Position numbers and translations under genes: made by a program. 64,000 bases of DNA from Ignavibacteriota bacterium. Its GTDB lineage: Bacteria > Bacteroidota > Ignavibacteria > UBA10030 > CAVZMI01. The stretch is from NCBI GenBank assembly GCA_963776275.1, contig CAVZMI010000023.1, positions 96,001 to 160,000 of the forward strand. Reading direction: 5' to 3'. Positions 10,664 to 22,000 of the stretch are shown here, piece by piece. Under the pieces are notes generated by a model, which worked only from the letters and a program-made list of their open reading frames with translations, ran no database searches and was not told the DNA's origin. Positions within the stretch are counted from its first letter, which is position 1; each line of letters starts with the position of its first letter.

Positions 10664-12742
10664 ATGATCAATATGAGAATAAAAACCCTTATTACTCTCA
10701 TGTTTACCGTCTCGTTGATCTACGGTCAGGAGATGAAATTCTTACCGAATCTTAAAAGTATACAACCATGGATGGCGCATGAAGGATTATCGGGTATCGA
10801 TACGGGAATTGTTCACCAAGAACTCAATATCAATCTTGTCGATGGATTAAATTCCGACACCGCGTTGTATTCTGTTTATCAACGAATTACATGTAGATAT
10901 GATTCACCCACCCCGCGTCCGGTGACTTTTGACGCTGAGTCTACACTTATAATCGATTCGGTGAGTATCAAGGGGAGCCCAAAATCTGTAGCACGTGATG
11001 CACATCAGCTGACGGTTCAACTTTCAACGCAGGATTTCACATCTGACAGTTGTATCATTGATCTCTGGTATCGTTATGTGGGGAGTGGGCTAAAAGGATT
11101 CTTTTATTATAAGAAAAACCCTCCACAGACTCTTGAACCCCTTGCCTATACTTTCACAGAACCGGATGATTCGCCTTACTGGTTCGTTACAAAAAATGAT
11201 AATCGTATAAAACCGACACTGGCCATGAATATTACTGTTCCTGAGGATTATAAGGTAGGTTCCAACGGAATTCTCACTGATACGATCTCGAACCCGAATG
11301 GCTCGGTAACGTTTCAATGGCGCGAAAATCATCCGATCGCAATGTACCTCACGGCATTTGCTGCCTCAAAGTATAATACATTCTCGGATTACTACCATAG
11401 GGTGGGTAACCCACACGACAGCGTTGAGATCAAATATTATGTATGGTACGATGATTATGACATGCCCATTACGAGCACGATCACATACAGTGCCAAACGA
11501 TGCTTTGTGAATGTTGTAGATATGATGGAGTACTATTCCAGAATATTTGGTGAATATCCCTTCGAAAAATACGGAATGGTCGCTGTTAATCCTTTTAAGG
11601 CCGGAGGAATGGAGCATCAAACGCTCACAACAATTCATCGGAATTGGATCAGGGTGCAGCAGGGGCATGAATATGGTTTTAGTGAGGGTGGAATTGCTCA
11701 CGAGATGGTTCATCAATGGTTCGGCGATTTAATTACATGTGGGACATGGGCAGATATCTGGCTGAATGAAAGTTTTGCCACATACGGCGAAAAACTGTGG
11801 CAGGAGCATTTTTATGGAAAGCAGAAGTTCAACGATTTAATGCGCACCACGATGAATTTTAATGGAAGTGGGTGGCAGAATCCGATTTATGTCAATCCGC
11901 CGCCTCCAAATTTATTTAATGATGTTGTATATAATAAAGGATCCTGGGTACTTCACATGCTCCGTTATGTCATGGGCGATTCAAGCTTCTTTACCCTTCT
12001 TAAAACGTATGCAACCGATCAGAGTTTTTATTTTAAAACTGCGCTGACGTCACAATTTGCCGACCTTGCTTCACAAATTGCCGGACAAGATCTGTCACAA
12101 TTTTTTGACCAGTGGATATATCACACAGGCTGGCCTGTGTATGAATATTCATCGCTTCAATCACCATCATCGGATGGGTATACCATCTGGTTGCTTCTGT
12201 CGCAAGTACAAAACGATCCGATAAAATCGGGGAATATTCCACGTGATGGGACTGTCTTTGTGATGCCGGTACAACTTCGATGTTATATGAATGGGAAAGA
12301 CACACTTATCACAGTGATGAATACCCGACAGCATGAGGCTTTTTCATTCATTTTACCGCAACATGTCGACAGCATTGTTGTCGACCCTGATAACCGAATC
12401 CTGAAGCAGTTCTACGATCCACAGACCATACCGTATCCCGGCTTAAATATTTCAACACTACCGACGGAATTCAAATTGTATCAAAATTATCCTAATCCGT
12501 TCAATCCATATACTATTATTCGTTATGATATCCCACAAAGGACCCATGTAATATTGAGTGTGACGGACATACTAGGTCAGGAGGTCCGGCGGCTTATCGA
12601 CAACGTCAAAGAAGCAGGGAAGCAGAGCGTTGTCTGGGATGGACGAAATAAAGACAGCCTATTACTTTCCAGCGGGGTATATTTCGCGACGCTTCGTGCT
12701 GGCAATTTTCAGTCGACACAAAAAATGCTTATTCTACGGTGA
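10664..12742 (+). CDS. M1 family zinc aminopeptidase with T9SS C-terminal sorting domain
   Basis: GGMEH, HEMVHQWFG...WLNESFA (HExxH-18-E), YNKG; LYQNYPNPFNP tail. Confidence 0.93.
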   Translation: MINMRIKTLITLMFTVSLIYGQEMKFLPNLKSIQPWMAHEGLSGIDTGIVHQELNINLVDGLNSDTALYSVYQRITCRYDSPTPRPVTFDAESTLIIDSVSIKGSPKSVARDAHQLTVQLSTQDFTSDSCIIDLWYRYVGSGLKGFFYYKKNPPQTLEPLAYTFTEPDDSPYWFVTKNDNRIKPTLAMNITVPEDYKVGSNGILTDTISNPNGSVTFQWRENHPIAMYLTAFAASKYNTFSDYYHRVGNPHDSVEIKYYVWYDDYDMPITSTITYSAKRCFVNVVDMMEYYSRIFGEYPFEKYGMVAVNPFKAGGMEHQTLTTIHRNWIRVQQGHEYGFSEGGIAHEMVHQWFGDLITCGTWADIWLNESFATYGEKLWQEHFYGKQKFNDLMRTTMNFNGSGWQNPIYVNPPPPNLFNDVVYNKGSWVLHMLRYVMGDSSFFTLLKTYATDQSFYFKTALTSQFADLASQIAGQDLSQFFDQWIYHTGWPVYEYSSLQSPSSDGYTIWLLLSQVQNDPIKSGNIPRDGTVFVMPVQLRCYMNGKDTLITVMNTRQHEAFSFILPQHVDSIVVDPDNRILKQFYDPQTIPYPGLNISTLPTEFKLYQNYPNPFNPYTIIRYDIPQRTHVILSVTDILGQEVRRLIDNVKEAGKQSVVWDGRNKDSLLLSSGVYFATLRAGNFQSTQKMLILR

Positions 12743-12751
12743 TATTGATCG

Positions 12752-14641
12752 ATGAATATTCCTGAGGAGAATATTGACATTCATATCCGCATTACAAAGG
12801 GGGATTTTTCACTCAAAGAAAAACTCGAAATGCTTCCCACCGACCCCGGCGTGTATCTTCATAAAAACAGCGAAGGAAAGGTGTTATATGTAGGTAAAGC
12901 CAAGAATCTGCGGAATCGTGTCAGACAATATTTCCAGAAATCGCGTCCACAAATTCCCCGTATTGAGCGGCTCATATCACAGATCTCTGACATCGAACTT
13001 CTTATCGCCGATTCCGAAGTCGAAGCATTAATCCTGGAAGCAAACCTCATAAAAAAATATTCACCGCGCTATAATGTCTCATTGAAAGATGACCGGAGCT
13101 ATCCCTATATCGTCATCACGAATGAACCGTTTCCCCGGGTCTTCGTGACCAGACGAATTATCAAGGATGGATCGAAATATTTCGGACCGTACACCGATGT
13201 GACGAGCGTACGATCGGCTCTTAAAACAATACATGAGATTTTCAAGATTCGGAGCTGCAATTACTACATTGATGAAGAAGTCGTAGCGCGGAAGAAAATC
13301 CGTGTGTGCCTTGATTACCATATTAAAAAATGCGACGGTCCCTGTGAAGGTCTAATCAGCCGTCAGAAGTATTGTGAGATGATCGGTGGTGTTGAACAAT
13401 TATTGAAAGGTAAGATTAACGATCTTGTAGCGACACTCGAATTCGAAATGCAACAACATTCTGAACGGCTTGAATTCGAAGCTGCCGGAGAGTTGCGCGA
13501 CAAGATCAATGCGCTCAGGGTTTATACCGAAAAGCAAAGTGTTGTCGATCTTGAACGCAGCGAACGCGATGTTGTGGCATATGCGATCGAAAAGGACGAT
13601 GCATGCGGGGTAATCTTTAAAATCAGGGATGGAAAGGTCATCGGGCGTCAGCATTTTTATATGAGCAATGTTGAGGGAAGGGATGCGGAGGAAATTCTGG
13701 AAAGTCTAATTGAAAGGTATTACCTCGAGGCGGAAGATATTCCGGTGGAGATTCTTCTTGCGGATCCTATCAAGGATACTGACACGCTTTCAAAATGGCT
13801 TTCGGAAAAGTCACACCAGAAGGTTTCGATAGGAATTCCGTCGAGTGACGACCAAAAAAAGCTTATTAAATTCTGTCAGACGAATGCACGGTATCTCCTG
13901 GAAGAACTTAAAGTGCAGAAATTGAAGTACGAGGAATTAATTCCTAAGAGTGTCGCCGCTCTTCAGTATGATCTCCGACTTCCCAAAGCCCCGCGGCGGA
14001 TTGAATGCTTCGATATTTCAAATATTCAGGGGAGCGATACAGTCGCATCAATGGTGGTTTTCATGGACGGAAAGTCAAGGAAGTCGGGTTATAGGAAATT
14101 CAAGATAAAGACTGTCGAAGGCCCTAACGATTTTGCCAGTATGCAGGAAGTTATTGAACGCCGGTATCAGCGGCTCCTTGAGGAACAGGGGAATTTTCCG
14201 GATCTCATCGTTGTTGACGGAGGAAAAGGGCAGCTCTCAGGTGCTGTAGAAGTGCTTCATCGGCTGGGCGTTACGGGGCAGCCGATCATCGGACTGGCGA
14301 AACGGCTTGAGGAAATCTTTCTTCCTGGTGAGAGCGAGCCGCTTCAACTGCCGAAAACTTCGTCCGCGTTGCGACTCCTCCAGCGGCTGCGCGATGAAGC
14401 GCACAGGTTTGCAATCACTTATCACAGACAGCTCAGATCGCGCCGTACTCTCCAGACCGAACTGGACCTGATCAAGGGGATAGGTAAAAAACGGGCAAAG
14501 GAGCTTCTCGAGACTTTTGGCTCAGTCCAAGGGGTAAAGTTTGCCACGCATGAACAGCATGTCGAAGTTGTCGGTGAAAAAGTGGCACAGAAGATCGCAG
14601 AATATTTTTATGTTGATGAAGAAATATCGGAATCACAATAA
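12752..14641 (+). CDS. uvrC: Excinuclease ABC subunit C
   Basis: GIY-YIG (PGVY...YVGKAKNLRNRV), ECFDISN, VDGGKGQ, RDEAHRFAI, HhH tail. Confidence 0.98.
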   Translation: MNIPEENIDIHIRITKGDFSLKEKLEMLPTDPGVYLHKNSEGKVLYVGKAKNLRNRVRQYFQKSRPQIPRIERLISQISDIELLIADSEVEALILEANLIKKYSPRYNVSLKDDRSYPYIVITNEPFPRVFVTRRIIKDGSKYFGPYTDVTSVRSALKTIHEIFKIRSCNYYIDEEVVARKKIRVCLDYHIKKCDGPCEGLISRQKYCEMIGGVEQLLKGKINDLVATLEFEMQQHSERLEFEAAGELRDKINALRVYTEKQSVVDLERSERDVVAYAIEKDDACGVIFKIRDGKVIGRQHFYMSNVEGRDAEEILESLIERYYLEAEDIPVEILLADPIKDTDTLSKWLSEKSHQKVSIGIPSSDDQKKLIKFCQTNARYLLEELKVQKLKYEELIPKSVAALQYDLRLPKAPRRIECFDISNIQGSDTVASMVVFMDGKSRKSGYRKFKIKTVEGPNDFASMQEVIERRYQRLLEEQGNFPDLIVVDGGKGQLSGAVEVLHRLGVTGQPIIGLAKRLEEIFLPGESEPLQLPKTSSALRLLQRLRDEAHRFAITYHRQLRSRRTLQTELDLIKGIGKKRAKELLETFGSVQGVKFATHEQHVEVVGEKVAQKIAEYFYVDEEISESQ

Positions 14642-14658
14642 TCAGGTAAAGGTCTGCA

Positions 14659-15330
14659 ATGAATTTTTCAGAACTCCAGCCTTCACCGGATGTGCGGATT
14701 GAGCTTGGTGTCTCTCTTTTGAAAGCACACCGATATGAAGAGGCTGTGAAAGTGTTAAGAGGTGTAATTGACGAAGTTCCGGAGAGTCCCGGTGCACATT
14801 ATAATCTCGGAGTGGCGTACGGATTATTAAACCGGCACGAAGAAGCTGTTCGAGAACATCGAGAAGCCCTTCGAATCAATCCGGGTTTCGTGTGGGCACA
14901 CAATGATCTTGCAGTATCGTACGGACGACTGGGAAAGTACGAAGAAGCCTATAGAGAGCTCATCGAGGTTATCCGGCTCAAACCTGACGAAGCCGATTCG
15001 CATTATGCCATGGGATGGACACTGTTTAATCTTGGTCGTTTTGAAGAATCTCTCGGTTCATTCCAGAAAGCACTCGTGCTCAATCCATCCCTTGCCGAAG
15101 CATATCAAGGACTCGGGTTATCGTACGCTTCGCTTGACCGGTATGCTGAGGCCGTCCAGGCTCACACAAAGGCAATAGAAATCAAACCCGATTACACCGA
15201 AGCATATTTCGGACGGGGAGCTGCATATGCAATCTCGGGTAACTCGGCGGCAGCAATGATCGAAGTGGAAACATTAAAAAAGCTTGATTCTGCAATGGCT
15301 GAGATTTTGATGAAACTCATCGGATCGTAA
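14659..15330 (+). CDS. Tetratricopeptide repeat protein
   Basis: Consecutive 34-aa repeats of type AHYNLGVAY...EEA...ALRINP. Confidence 0.9.
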   Translation: MNFSELQPSPDVRIELGVSLLKAHRYEEAVKVLRGVIDEVPESPGAHYNLGVAYGLLNRHEEAVREHREALRINPGFVWAHNDLAVSYGRLGKYEEAYRELIEVIRLKPDEADSHYAMGWTLFNLGRFEESLGSFQKALVLNPSLAEAYQGLGLSYASLDRYAEAVQAHTKAIEIKPDYTEAYFGRGAAYAISGNSAAAMIEVETLKKLDSAMAEILMKLIGS

Positions 15331-15355
15331 CTCTTTCTTTAAAAAATATTTTCAC

Positions 15356-17347
15356 TTAATCTTCGATTTTTGCACGCATTGAATCCCATGTTGCATAAGC
15401 AACGAGAAGAATGAACATCCCGAGCCCAAGAATTTGGGCATAATCCGTTTCGACCCATGTTGCCAGATACCAATCGGGCAAATTGAATTTCTGAATGCCA
15501 AACCTCTGGAAGGCGCTCAATACTCCAAAAATTGACCCCCCGGCGATGAAGCCTGATGCTATGAGTGTTCCGCGTGATAAGCGTGCATTGTTGAGCTTTT
15601 CGTTTTTCGACCACGTGCTGACAAAATGGGCGATCAATCCTCCGACAACGAGAGGGAGATTAAGTTCGATCGGTATATACATGCCGAGGGCGAATGCAAG
15701 TGGTGAAATATTCACCATTGTCAAAATCAATGCAATGATGGCGCCGATGAAGTAGAGCATCCAGGGGACCTGAGCATGCGACATGAGCGGCTGTATGACG
15801 GCTGCCATGGCATTTGCCTGTGGAGCTGCAAGTTGTCCGGTTTTAAACCCATACGTGTCGTTCAGTATGAGAATTACCCCACCGACTGTTACCGCCGAGA
15901 GTAACACACCGAGGAACTTCCACATTTCTTGTTTTTTGGGGGTCGATCCGATCCAGTATCCGATCTTCAAATCGGTAATAAATCCGCCGGCAACAGAGAG
16001 CGCTGTGCAGACCACGCCGCCGATAATGAGGGCACTGACCATTCCGGATGAACCGGTAAGGCCGAACTGAACGAGAACGACCGACGAGATGATTAATGTC
16101 ATTAATGTCATTCCGGAAACAGGATTCGTACCGACAATAGCCGTGGCGTTTGCGGCAACGGTTGTGAAAAGGAATGATATGATAAAGACGAGGAGAAGAC
16201 CGATCAGTGCCTGGGTCAGGTTAAAGACGACGCCGGCGTAGAAGAAGATAAAAATCAGTAACGCCGTCAGAAGGAGTAAGAGTACGACAAATAACATCCG
16301 GATGTCGGTTTGCCATCGGACATTTGTTTCGGAGGCCATCGCCCTTCCCCGAACGATTTCGCGATAGGCAAGGGAAAATGCTCCAACAATAATTTTTGAC
16401 GATTTCAAAATTCCGACGATACCGGCCATTGCAATACCGCCGATTCCGATGTGACGAACATAGGTGCGGAATATTTCTTCGGCGGACATTGAAGAGATGA
16501 GTTTTGTTGTTGAAGCACCGAGTGTCACAGTGAGCGATTGTCCGATTTCGTAAAAAAGCGGAACCAGCACCAGCCACGACAGCAGCGAACCTGCAGCAAG
16601 GATAGCCGAGTACCGGAGTCCGATGATGTACCCCAGCCCGAGTACCATTGCGGAGATGTTGAATCGCACGACAATTTTTGTTTTATCGGCAATCATCGCA
16701 CCCCAGGCAAACATACGTGTTGTGATCACTTCTGCCCATGCACCGAAGGAGCTGAAGAGGAAATCAAAAAAACCGCCGATGAGTCCGCTCACAACGAGAA
16801 CAAGTGCCTGGGCGCCTCCTTTTTCTCCTGCTACCAGAATCTCGGTGGTTGCCGTGGCTTCGGGAAAGGGCAATTTACCGTGCATATCTTTCACAAAATA
16901 TTTTCGGAACGGGATGAGGAACAGAATCCCTAAAAAACCTCCAAGTGCAGAAGCGCAAAAGAGCTGGAAAAACGAGGTCGGGAGATCAAGGATATATAAG
17001 GCAGGGATTGTGAAAATCGCTCCGGCAACCACAACACCCGAACAGGCGCCAATCGACTGGATGATAACATTTTTACCGAGAGAATTTTTTATGGTAAATA
17101 ATGCCGACAAGCCGACCGCGAGGATAGCGATCGGGATGGCTGCTTCAAAGACCTGACCGATTTTCAATCCTGAATATGCAGCCGCAGCCGAGAAAAGAAC
17201 AGCCATGGCCAATCCCCAGAAGACAGACCATGGAGTAACCTCTGGATATATTTCAACTGGATCGATGATAGGACGATATTCTTCTTCCGCTTTTAATTCC
17301 TTGTATGCATTCGCTGGAAGTCCAAGCTTCGAGTCAGGTGGTTCCAT
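15356..17347 (-). CDS. OPT family oligopeptide transporter
   Basis: YSGLKIG, LPFPEATAT, NPVSGMT, DLKIGYWIG, APQANAM; many TM helices. Confidence 0.95.
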   Translation of the reverse strand: MEPPDSKLGLPANAYKELKAEEEYRPIIDPVEIYPEVTPWSVFWGLAMAVLFSAAAAYSGLKIGQVFEAAIPIAILAVGLSALFTIKNSLGKNVIIQSIGACSGVVVAGAIFTIPALYILDLPTSFFQLFCASALGGFLGILFLIPFRKYFVKDMHGKLPFPEATATTEILVAGEKGGAQALVLVVSGLIGGFFDFLFSSFGAWAEVITTRMFAWGAMIADKTKIVVRFNISAMVLGLGYIIGLRYSAILAAGSLLSWLVLVPLFYEIGQSLTVTLGASTTKLISSMSAEEIFRTYVRHIGIGGIAMAGIVGILKSSKIIVGAFSLAYREIVRGRAMASETNVRWQTDIRMLFVVLLLLLTALLIFIFFYAGVVFNLTQALIGLLLVFIISFLFTTVAANATAIVGTNPVSGMTLMTLIISSVVLVQFGLTGSSGMVSALIIGGVVCTALSVAGGFITDLKIGYWIGSTPKKQEMWKFLGVLLSAVTVGGVILILNDTYGFKTGQLAAPQANAMAAVIQPLMSHAQVPWMLYFIGAIIALILTMVNISPLAFALGMYIPIELNLPLVVGGLIAHFVSTWSKNEKLNNARLSRGTLIASGFIAGGSIFGVLSAFQRFGIQKFNLPDWYLATWVETDYAQILGLGMFILLVAYATWDSMRAKIED

Positions 17348-17401
17348 CTGAATACTCCTACATGATGATCGTTTCTATGGTGTATGTGATTACGGTAAGT
17401 T

Positions 17402-18655
17402 TCACTCAATACTTTTTTCGACCCAGATTTGGACAAGATGTATGATAGTCTCGAGTGATTTTTCCATACCGTACACCGAGAGCCATTCGGTGTGACCGTG
17501 ATAATTTTGTCCGCCGGTAAAGATATTCGGAGTCGGTAGGCCTTTCTCGGTCAAACGCGAGCCGTCGGTGCCGCCCCTGATCGGGACCCATTTCGGTTCG
17601 ATGCCCGTCCGTTTCACCGCTTCCCAGACGCAATCGAGAATACGCAGATCTTTTGTAAGGCCGTCGCGCATGTTGCGGTAGGACTCGGTGATTTGGAGTT
17701 CGAACCGTGCTTTTGGATGGAGAGGTTGCACTTCGGAAATGATCTTTTTAAGAATCTCTGCCTGCTTTTTCAATCCTTCGGTTTCAAAATCACGAAGAAG
17801 GAATTTCAGCGTTGATTTTGCTTCTTCGCCCTCAAGGACATGGGGGTGAATATATGGTTCATAACCCTCGGTGGTCTCCGGGGCCATGTCTTTCGGAGTA
17901 CGGACGATGACATCGGCAATTGCGCGAATGGAATTCACCATAATGTTCTTTGCAGTCCCCGGATGAATGTTTCTTCCGTGTATAGTGATGGTCGCGCTGT
18001 CTGCACTGAATGTCTCCTTATTCAGTTCACCGGTTGTATCACCGTCGAGGGTATAAGCGACATCGGCTCCGAATTTCTTTATATCGAAATATTTCGTGCC
18101 CGCGCCTACTTCTTCATCGGGAGTAAATGCGATCTTAACATCGCCGTGTAGGATCTCCGGATTGCTCAGGAGCACCTCTGCGGCTGTCATAATGATGGCA
18201 ACGCCCGCTTTATCGTCGGCTCCGAGAAGCGTTGTACCATCGGATGTAATGATTGTTTTGCCGATATTATTTTTCAGCTCAGGATTTTCAGACTCTTTGA
18301 TCACGACCGACGTATCGCCCGGGAGGATGATATCGCCGCCCCGGTAGGTGATGATCTGGGGTTTGACATTTGATCCGCTTGCTGATGGTGATGTATCAAC
18401 ATGAGCAATCAATCCGATTTTCGGAACTTTCCCGATAGCTGCATGTGTCGACGGTATATTTGATGGAATAGTGGCGATGACATAACCATAGTTGTCAATA
18501 CGTGTATCCTTGACGCCGATGGCCTGGAGCTCTTTCAACAGCAGAGAAAGCAGGTCGAGTTGTTTAGCCGTACTCGGATATTCGACCGAATCGTCTTTGG
18601 ATTGTGTATCGATCTTCACATAGCGCAGGAATCGTTCAAGGGCCGTCTCATTCAT
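17402..18655 (-). CDS. pepT: Peptidase T (M20B tripeptidase)
   Basis: ERFLRYVKIDTQS, AHVDT, TLLGADDKAG, FTPDEEVG, IRGGTDG. Confidence 0.97.
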   Translation of the reverse strand: MNETALERFLRYVKIDTQSKDDSVEYPSTAKQLDLLSLLLKELQAIGVKDTRIDNYGYVIATIPSNIPSTHAAIGKVPKIGLIAHVDTSPSASGSNVKPQIITYRGGDIILPGDTSVVIKESENPELKNNIGKTIITSDGTTLLGADDKAGVAIIMTAAEVLLSNPEILHGDVKIAFTPDEEVGAGTKYFDIKKFGADVAYTLDGDTTGELNKETFSADSATITIHGRNIHPGTAKNIMVNSIRAIADVIVRTPKDMAPETTEGYEPYIHPHVLEGEEAKSTLKFLLRDFETEGLKKQAEILKKIISEVQPLHPKARFELQITESYRNMRDGLTKDLRILDCVWEAVKRTGIEPKWVPIRGGTDGSRLTEKGLPTPNIFTGGQNYHGHTEWLSVYGMEKSLETIIHLVQIWVEKSIE

Positions 18656-19000
18656 ATTTATTCCTCAGAATTTAAGGCGTGGATTTCTTTAGTGAATGAA
18701 GATAGCAAGAAACGCGGAAAAAAACATTATAAAAACCGATTACACACCCCATCCCATACAAAGTGATATACACGACTGCCCGAAATGCGCCGAGTAAACC
18801 GGCTTTTTTAAGAAGAAAGAAGTGTTCATCCGTTATACCGATTCATGAACCTTGGTTAAGCAAGGATTTCGGTAGCTTGTTTCATATGTGAAAATTTTGT
18901 TTATTTCATATAAGTATCCCTAGATCACCTCAATAGACATATACCTCGATGCTCTTTATCAAAGGATTGACTAACCTGTGATTGATAGGATGAGCAACGT

Positions 19001-22000
19001 ATGGGGCAGGATATGAAAAGCTCGCTGCGATCTTCTTCGAAGAACCAATCAAAGAACATATCTGAAAATATTTTCCGTGAAGCATGGGACCATTCTCTCG
19101 ACGGAATGCGGATTATCGATGTATCGGGGATCATCCTGCAGGTCAACGAGGCTTATTGCCGGCTTGTTGGGAAGAATCGGAAAGAACTGGAAGGGAAATC
19201 ATTTTCTGTTGTATATGCTGAACGGCATCAGGCGGCAATGATAGAAAGACAGCGGAACCTTTTTTCGAATCATCTCAATGAGTCATTATTTGAACGTGAA
19301 TACGAATTATGGAATGGGAAAAAAGTCTGGTACCAGGTAAACAATTCATTTCTTTATCGAAAGGGTGAACCGGATCGGCTCTTGAGTATCTTTCGGGATA
19401 TCACTGCGAAGAAAATAGCCGAAAAAGAACTTCAAGAAAGTGAAGAGCAATATCGCAAGCTGATTGAACTCATGCCATTTGCAATTGCAATTCATGCGGA
19501 AGGGAAAATAGTGTACCTCAATCCGGCCGGGGTCTTAATGTGTGGGACATCGCTTGATAAAATTATTGGAAAGCCTGTGATGGATTTTGTCCATCCGGAC
19601 TATCGTGCAATTGTCGCGAAAAGGATAAAAGCAGGAATCGAAAAAGGGGAAATGGCAATGACGATGGAAGAGAAGTTCCTGCGTCCGGATGGTTCCGCAT
19701 TTGATGTTGAAGCGACCGCAATACCATTCATATACAATGGGAAACCGGCGATGCAGGTTTTTTTTCAGGATGTTACCCGTCGCAAAGAGACCGAAAGAAT
19801 CATGCGACTTTCACAATTCTCGATAGAACGGGCGCGCGATGCCGTTTTCTGGCTCAACCACGACAGACGGATCGTTTATGCGAATGAAGCTGCGAGTCGA
19901 TCTCTTGGTTATTCCCGCGAGGAGCTATTGTCGATGTCAATGTCCGATATTGACGTTGCTATGACACCCGACACATGGACGAATTTTATTCAGAATCTGA
20001 GATTACATGGATCGAAGACATTTGAATCACAACATCGGACGAAAAGCGGGCAAGTCTTCCCGGTAGAAATCATCAGTAATTATATCAATTTTGAAGGAGA
20101 AGAAGGTAGTTTTACTTTTGTTCGCGATATCACGGAGCGAAAGAAAGCCGAAGAAGCGTTGCGGGAGAGCGAGAGGAATTATCGGGAAATATTCAACGCC
20201 GTAAATGAAGCAATCTTCATTCTCGATGGAAAAACGACGAAAATTATCGACGTGAATGAAAGAGTGCTCGAGATGTTTGGCTATTCCCGTGAAGATGTCA
20301 TGAATAGTACAATCGCCGACCTGAGTGTCGGGGAAACACCCTATCGTATGGAGAATGCCGCTGAATGGATCTGCAAAACCAAGAGTGAAGGGCCTCAGGT
20401 ATTCGAATGGAAAACAGTAAAAAAGGGTGGGGAAAAATTCTGGGTCGAGATGGCATTGCGACATTCGACAATTGGCGATCAGGAGCGCGTAATAGCAGTT
20501 GTCCGGAATATCACCGATAGAAAAAAAGCAGAGGAGGCGTTGCGTGAAAGCGAATTCCGTCTGAAACGAGCTCAGGCAATAGCTCATGTGGGAAACTGGG
20601 AGCTTGACCTTGCAACACAGAACATATGGGCTTCCAAGGAAGCATTTCAGATTTATGGAATTGAACAACTGAATTCCGAGATTCCCTTTGATGTCTTCCA
20701 ACGACGTACACTACTGGATGATCAGCCGCGGATGGAGGATGCACTCCAGCGGCTTCTGCTCGAAAATCGGCGGTATGACGAAGAGTTTCAAATCCGGCGG
20801 GATGATGACGGGCAGATTCGATACGTCCACTCTCGTGCAGAGGTCGTTCGCGATTCGAGCGGTAATCCTCTTAAAGTTGCCGGAGTCATCCAGGATATTA
20901 CAGAACAAAAGGAAGCCGTAGAGTTATTGCGTGACCGTGAACAGGATCTTCAGGAAAGCGAACAGCGGTATCGAGCACTCGTCGAAACATCGCCCGATGC
21001 AATTCTCCTCACAGATTTGCGGGGTCGTATCCTTGCAGGAAATCATCGTGTTGCTAAAATGCATGGATTTAAAAATTTTGAAGAAATTCTTCAGGGTAGT
21101 CTGAGTATATTTGATCTTCTCGATCCTGATGAACTACCGCGGGCAAGAGAATTTCTAGCCAAGCTTCTCGAGGAGGGATCTATCCGCGAAGTGGAATTCG
21201 AGGCCCGAAGAAAAGATCATACAACATTCCCGATGGATTTGAGTGCCTCGGTCATTCCTGATGAGGATGGAGAACCCAAAGCTTTGGTCACTATTACGCG
21301 AGATATCACAGAGCGCAGACGCGCTGAAGACGCCCTTCGTCAAGCTCAAAAAATGGAGAGCATCGGACTTCTTGCCGGCGGAATCGCTCATGATTTTAAC
21401 AATCTTCTGCATGCATTAATGGGGCATGCGACAATAGCGATGATGAAACTTACTCCGGATAACCCATCCCGTACGCATATTCAGAAAGCAATGCATGCCG
21501 GAGAACGTGCGACAGAGTTGACAAAACAACTACTGGCGTATTCAGGACGTGGAAAATTTAAAATTGCTCCGGTAAATTTGAGCACGCTAATTGAAGAAAA
21601 CCTTCATCTGTTCGAAGTGGCGCTTCCAAAAAATGTCGTTCTTCGGATGAAACTCGATAAAAAACTCCCCTTTATAGAAGCAGATGCCGCGCAAATCCAG
21701 CAGGTGATTATGAATCTCATCATTAACGGGGCGGAAGCTATCGGGAATACTAACGGGGAAGTGGCTGTACATTCGGGCATAGTCGATATTCAATCGACAG
21801 ATACATACTGGTGGAAGTATACCGGAGAACCGCTGCAGCCGGGCGCATATACGTGCCTGGAAATCCATGATACCGGCTGTGGAATGGAAGAGGAAATCAT
21901 AGATCGGATATTCGAACCATTCTACACAACGAAATTTACCGGACGGGGACTCGGACTGGCCGCCGTGTTGGGAATTATTAAAGGGCATAAGGGCGGATTG